From the IMG/VR virus record IMGVR_UViG_2884379107_000001: 64,000 bases of DNA; one strand, 5' to 3'. This stretch comes from a virus. The translations under genes were made by a program, and so were the position numbers. A model generated the notes under the pieces. The model did not search any database. It was not told where the DNA came from and saw only the letters and a program-made list of their open reading frames with translations. This document shows positions 63,133 to 64,000 of this stretch, one piece after another; within the stretch, counting starts at the first letter, position 1, and every line of letters begins with the position of its first letter.

Positions 63133-64000
63133 TTATTGAGGGGTATTGGTTACGCCCTCGTTTTTGTAGTCCCGATACTCTTGATCCAGTTGAGTGGCAC
63201 GTCGGTTGATCTCAGCAGTGGCGATGTCATAAACCTCTTCCAGATTCTGAGCCTTAGCCCGTTTTTTTACATCGATAAGGTCTTCAAAGGCAATCGTCTG
63301 GGCATTCTCTCCGATGAATTTGGTATAAGTCGCATCACTTTTATAGGGACCGTAGTCGATAACTGGTGTTTTCAATAGCTTGCCTTTTAACGTCAGTTTC
63401 CTGATCTTCTCAAGCTGCTGTTTGGCCTCCACGTTATCAGTCGCCGTTGACAACACAGTTAGCAGATCATTACCTGATTTAGCCTGCTGAGCCTTAAGCT
63501 TCACTTTAGAATCGGCTAACCAGTCTGCTTTCTCTTCGAGGTATTTCCGAAAAAAATCACTGATAACTGTGCCATCCACCCGGTTAAATATGGGACCATA
63601 CCGGCCAGCCTTGACGCGTTTCAGACACAGGATGAGGTCTTTAATGGTCTCATTGGAAAAGGTTTCAGTCCAGATGTTGGCGTACTCAAGCAACTGACGG
63701 GCTCCCATTTGCAGGGTCGTGTTAAGGCCATCATTAAACAGCTTCAAAATCGCACAAACCAGCTTGGCAACGGTTTGCTCACCATGCACCTGCGTTACCT
63801 GGGCAACGGTCGAGGCTGTTGCGGCCACCTCGAGGGTCAGGTTCTTTTGCAGCGTCAGCAGGTTGATGTAGACTGAATCCGTTAGCTCCTTTTGCCGACT
63901 AATCTCAATTGGCGTAAAGCTGGCCAGCGAGGTCATCAAGCTCACTTCCGGTTTGGGCGAGGCTTTGGTGACTGCCTGCCCTCCGGTTGTTTGTAGATTT
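63133..64000 (-). CDS. Replication-region protein (DUF6633-like); 5' end lies beyond the window
   Basis: LILCLKRVKAGRYGPIFNRVDG. The frame stays open to the window edge (NLQTTGGQAVTKASPKPEVSLM). Confidence 0.65.
   Translation of the reverse strand, partial: NLQTTGGQAVTKASPKPEVSLMTSLASFTPIEISRQKELTDSVYINLLTLQKNLTLEVAATASTVAQVTQVHGEQTVAKLVCAILKLFNDGLNTTLQMGARQLLEYANIWTETFSNETIKDLILCLKRVKAGRYGPIFNRVDGTVISDFFRKYLEEKADWLADSKVKLKAQQAKSGNDLLTVLSTATDNVEAKQQLEKIRKLTLKGKLLKTPVIDYGPYKSDATYTKFIGENAQTIAFEDLIDVKKRAKAQNLEEVYDIATAEINRRATQLDQEYRDYKNEGVTNTPQ

Larger units (their letters stand above)
639..64000. mobile_element. Siphovirus-like prophage integrated at tRNA-Leu; right end lies beyond the window
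   Basis: Terminase, portal, capsid, neck, tail, tape measure, lysis, methylase and replication-region genes run from the tRNA to the window edge. No duplicated tRNA 3' end (second att) was seen inside the window. Confidence 0.9.

Overview
The window is almost entirely a long-tailed (siphovirus-like) prophage in a Bacteroidetes host. Gene content and signal-peptide style suggest Cytophagales, possibly Spirosoma-like (inference). Host DNA is limited to a DUF3127-like gene (1-405) and a tRNA-Leu(GAG) gene (557-638), which is the likely integration site. From left to right the prophage carries: (1) tail-tip and fibre genes and a complete tape measure gene (1.1-14.5 kb); (2) an approximately 19 kb, visibly AT-rich accessory island (14.5-33.5 kb) holding a lipoprotein and its inverted pseudogene copy, a response-regulator cluster, an antirepressor-HNH-GIY-YIG cassette bounded by 56-bp inverted repeats, an Abi-like gene, an orphan solute-binding protein, a secreted lipase-like protein and a HEPN-like plus membrane protein pair; (3) a truncated native tape measure gene, then tail, neck and head genes on the minus strand (33.5-41.5 kb); (4) a divergent lysis-terminase-portal-MuF block (41.8-49.9 kb); (5) small genes, umuDC, an internal tyrosine integrase, morons, two DNA methyltransferases and a replication-region gene that runs off the right edge. 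All product calls come from motif recognition by eye; no database searches were run, and GC statements are visual estimates.
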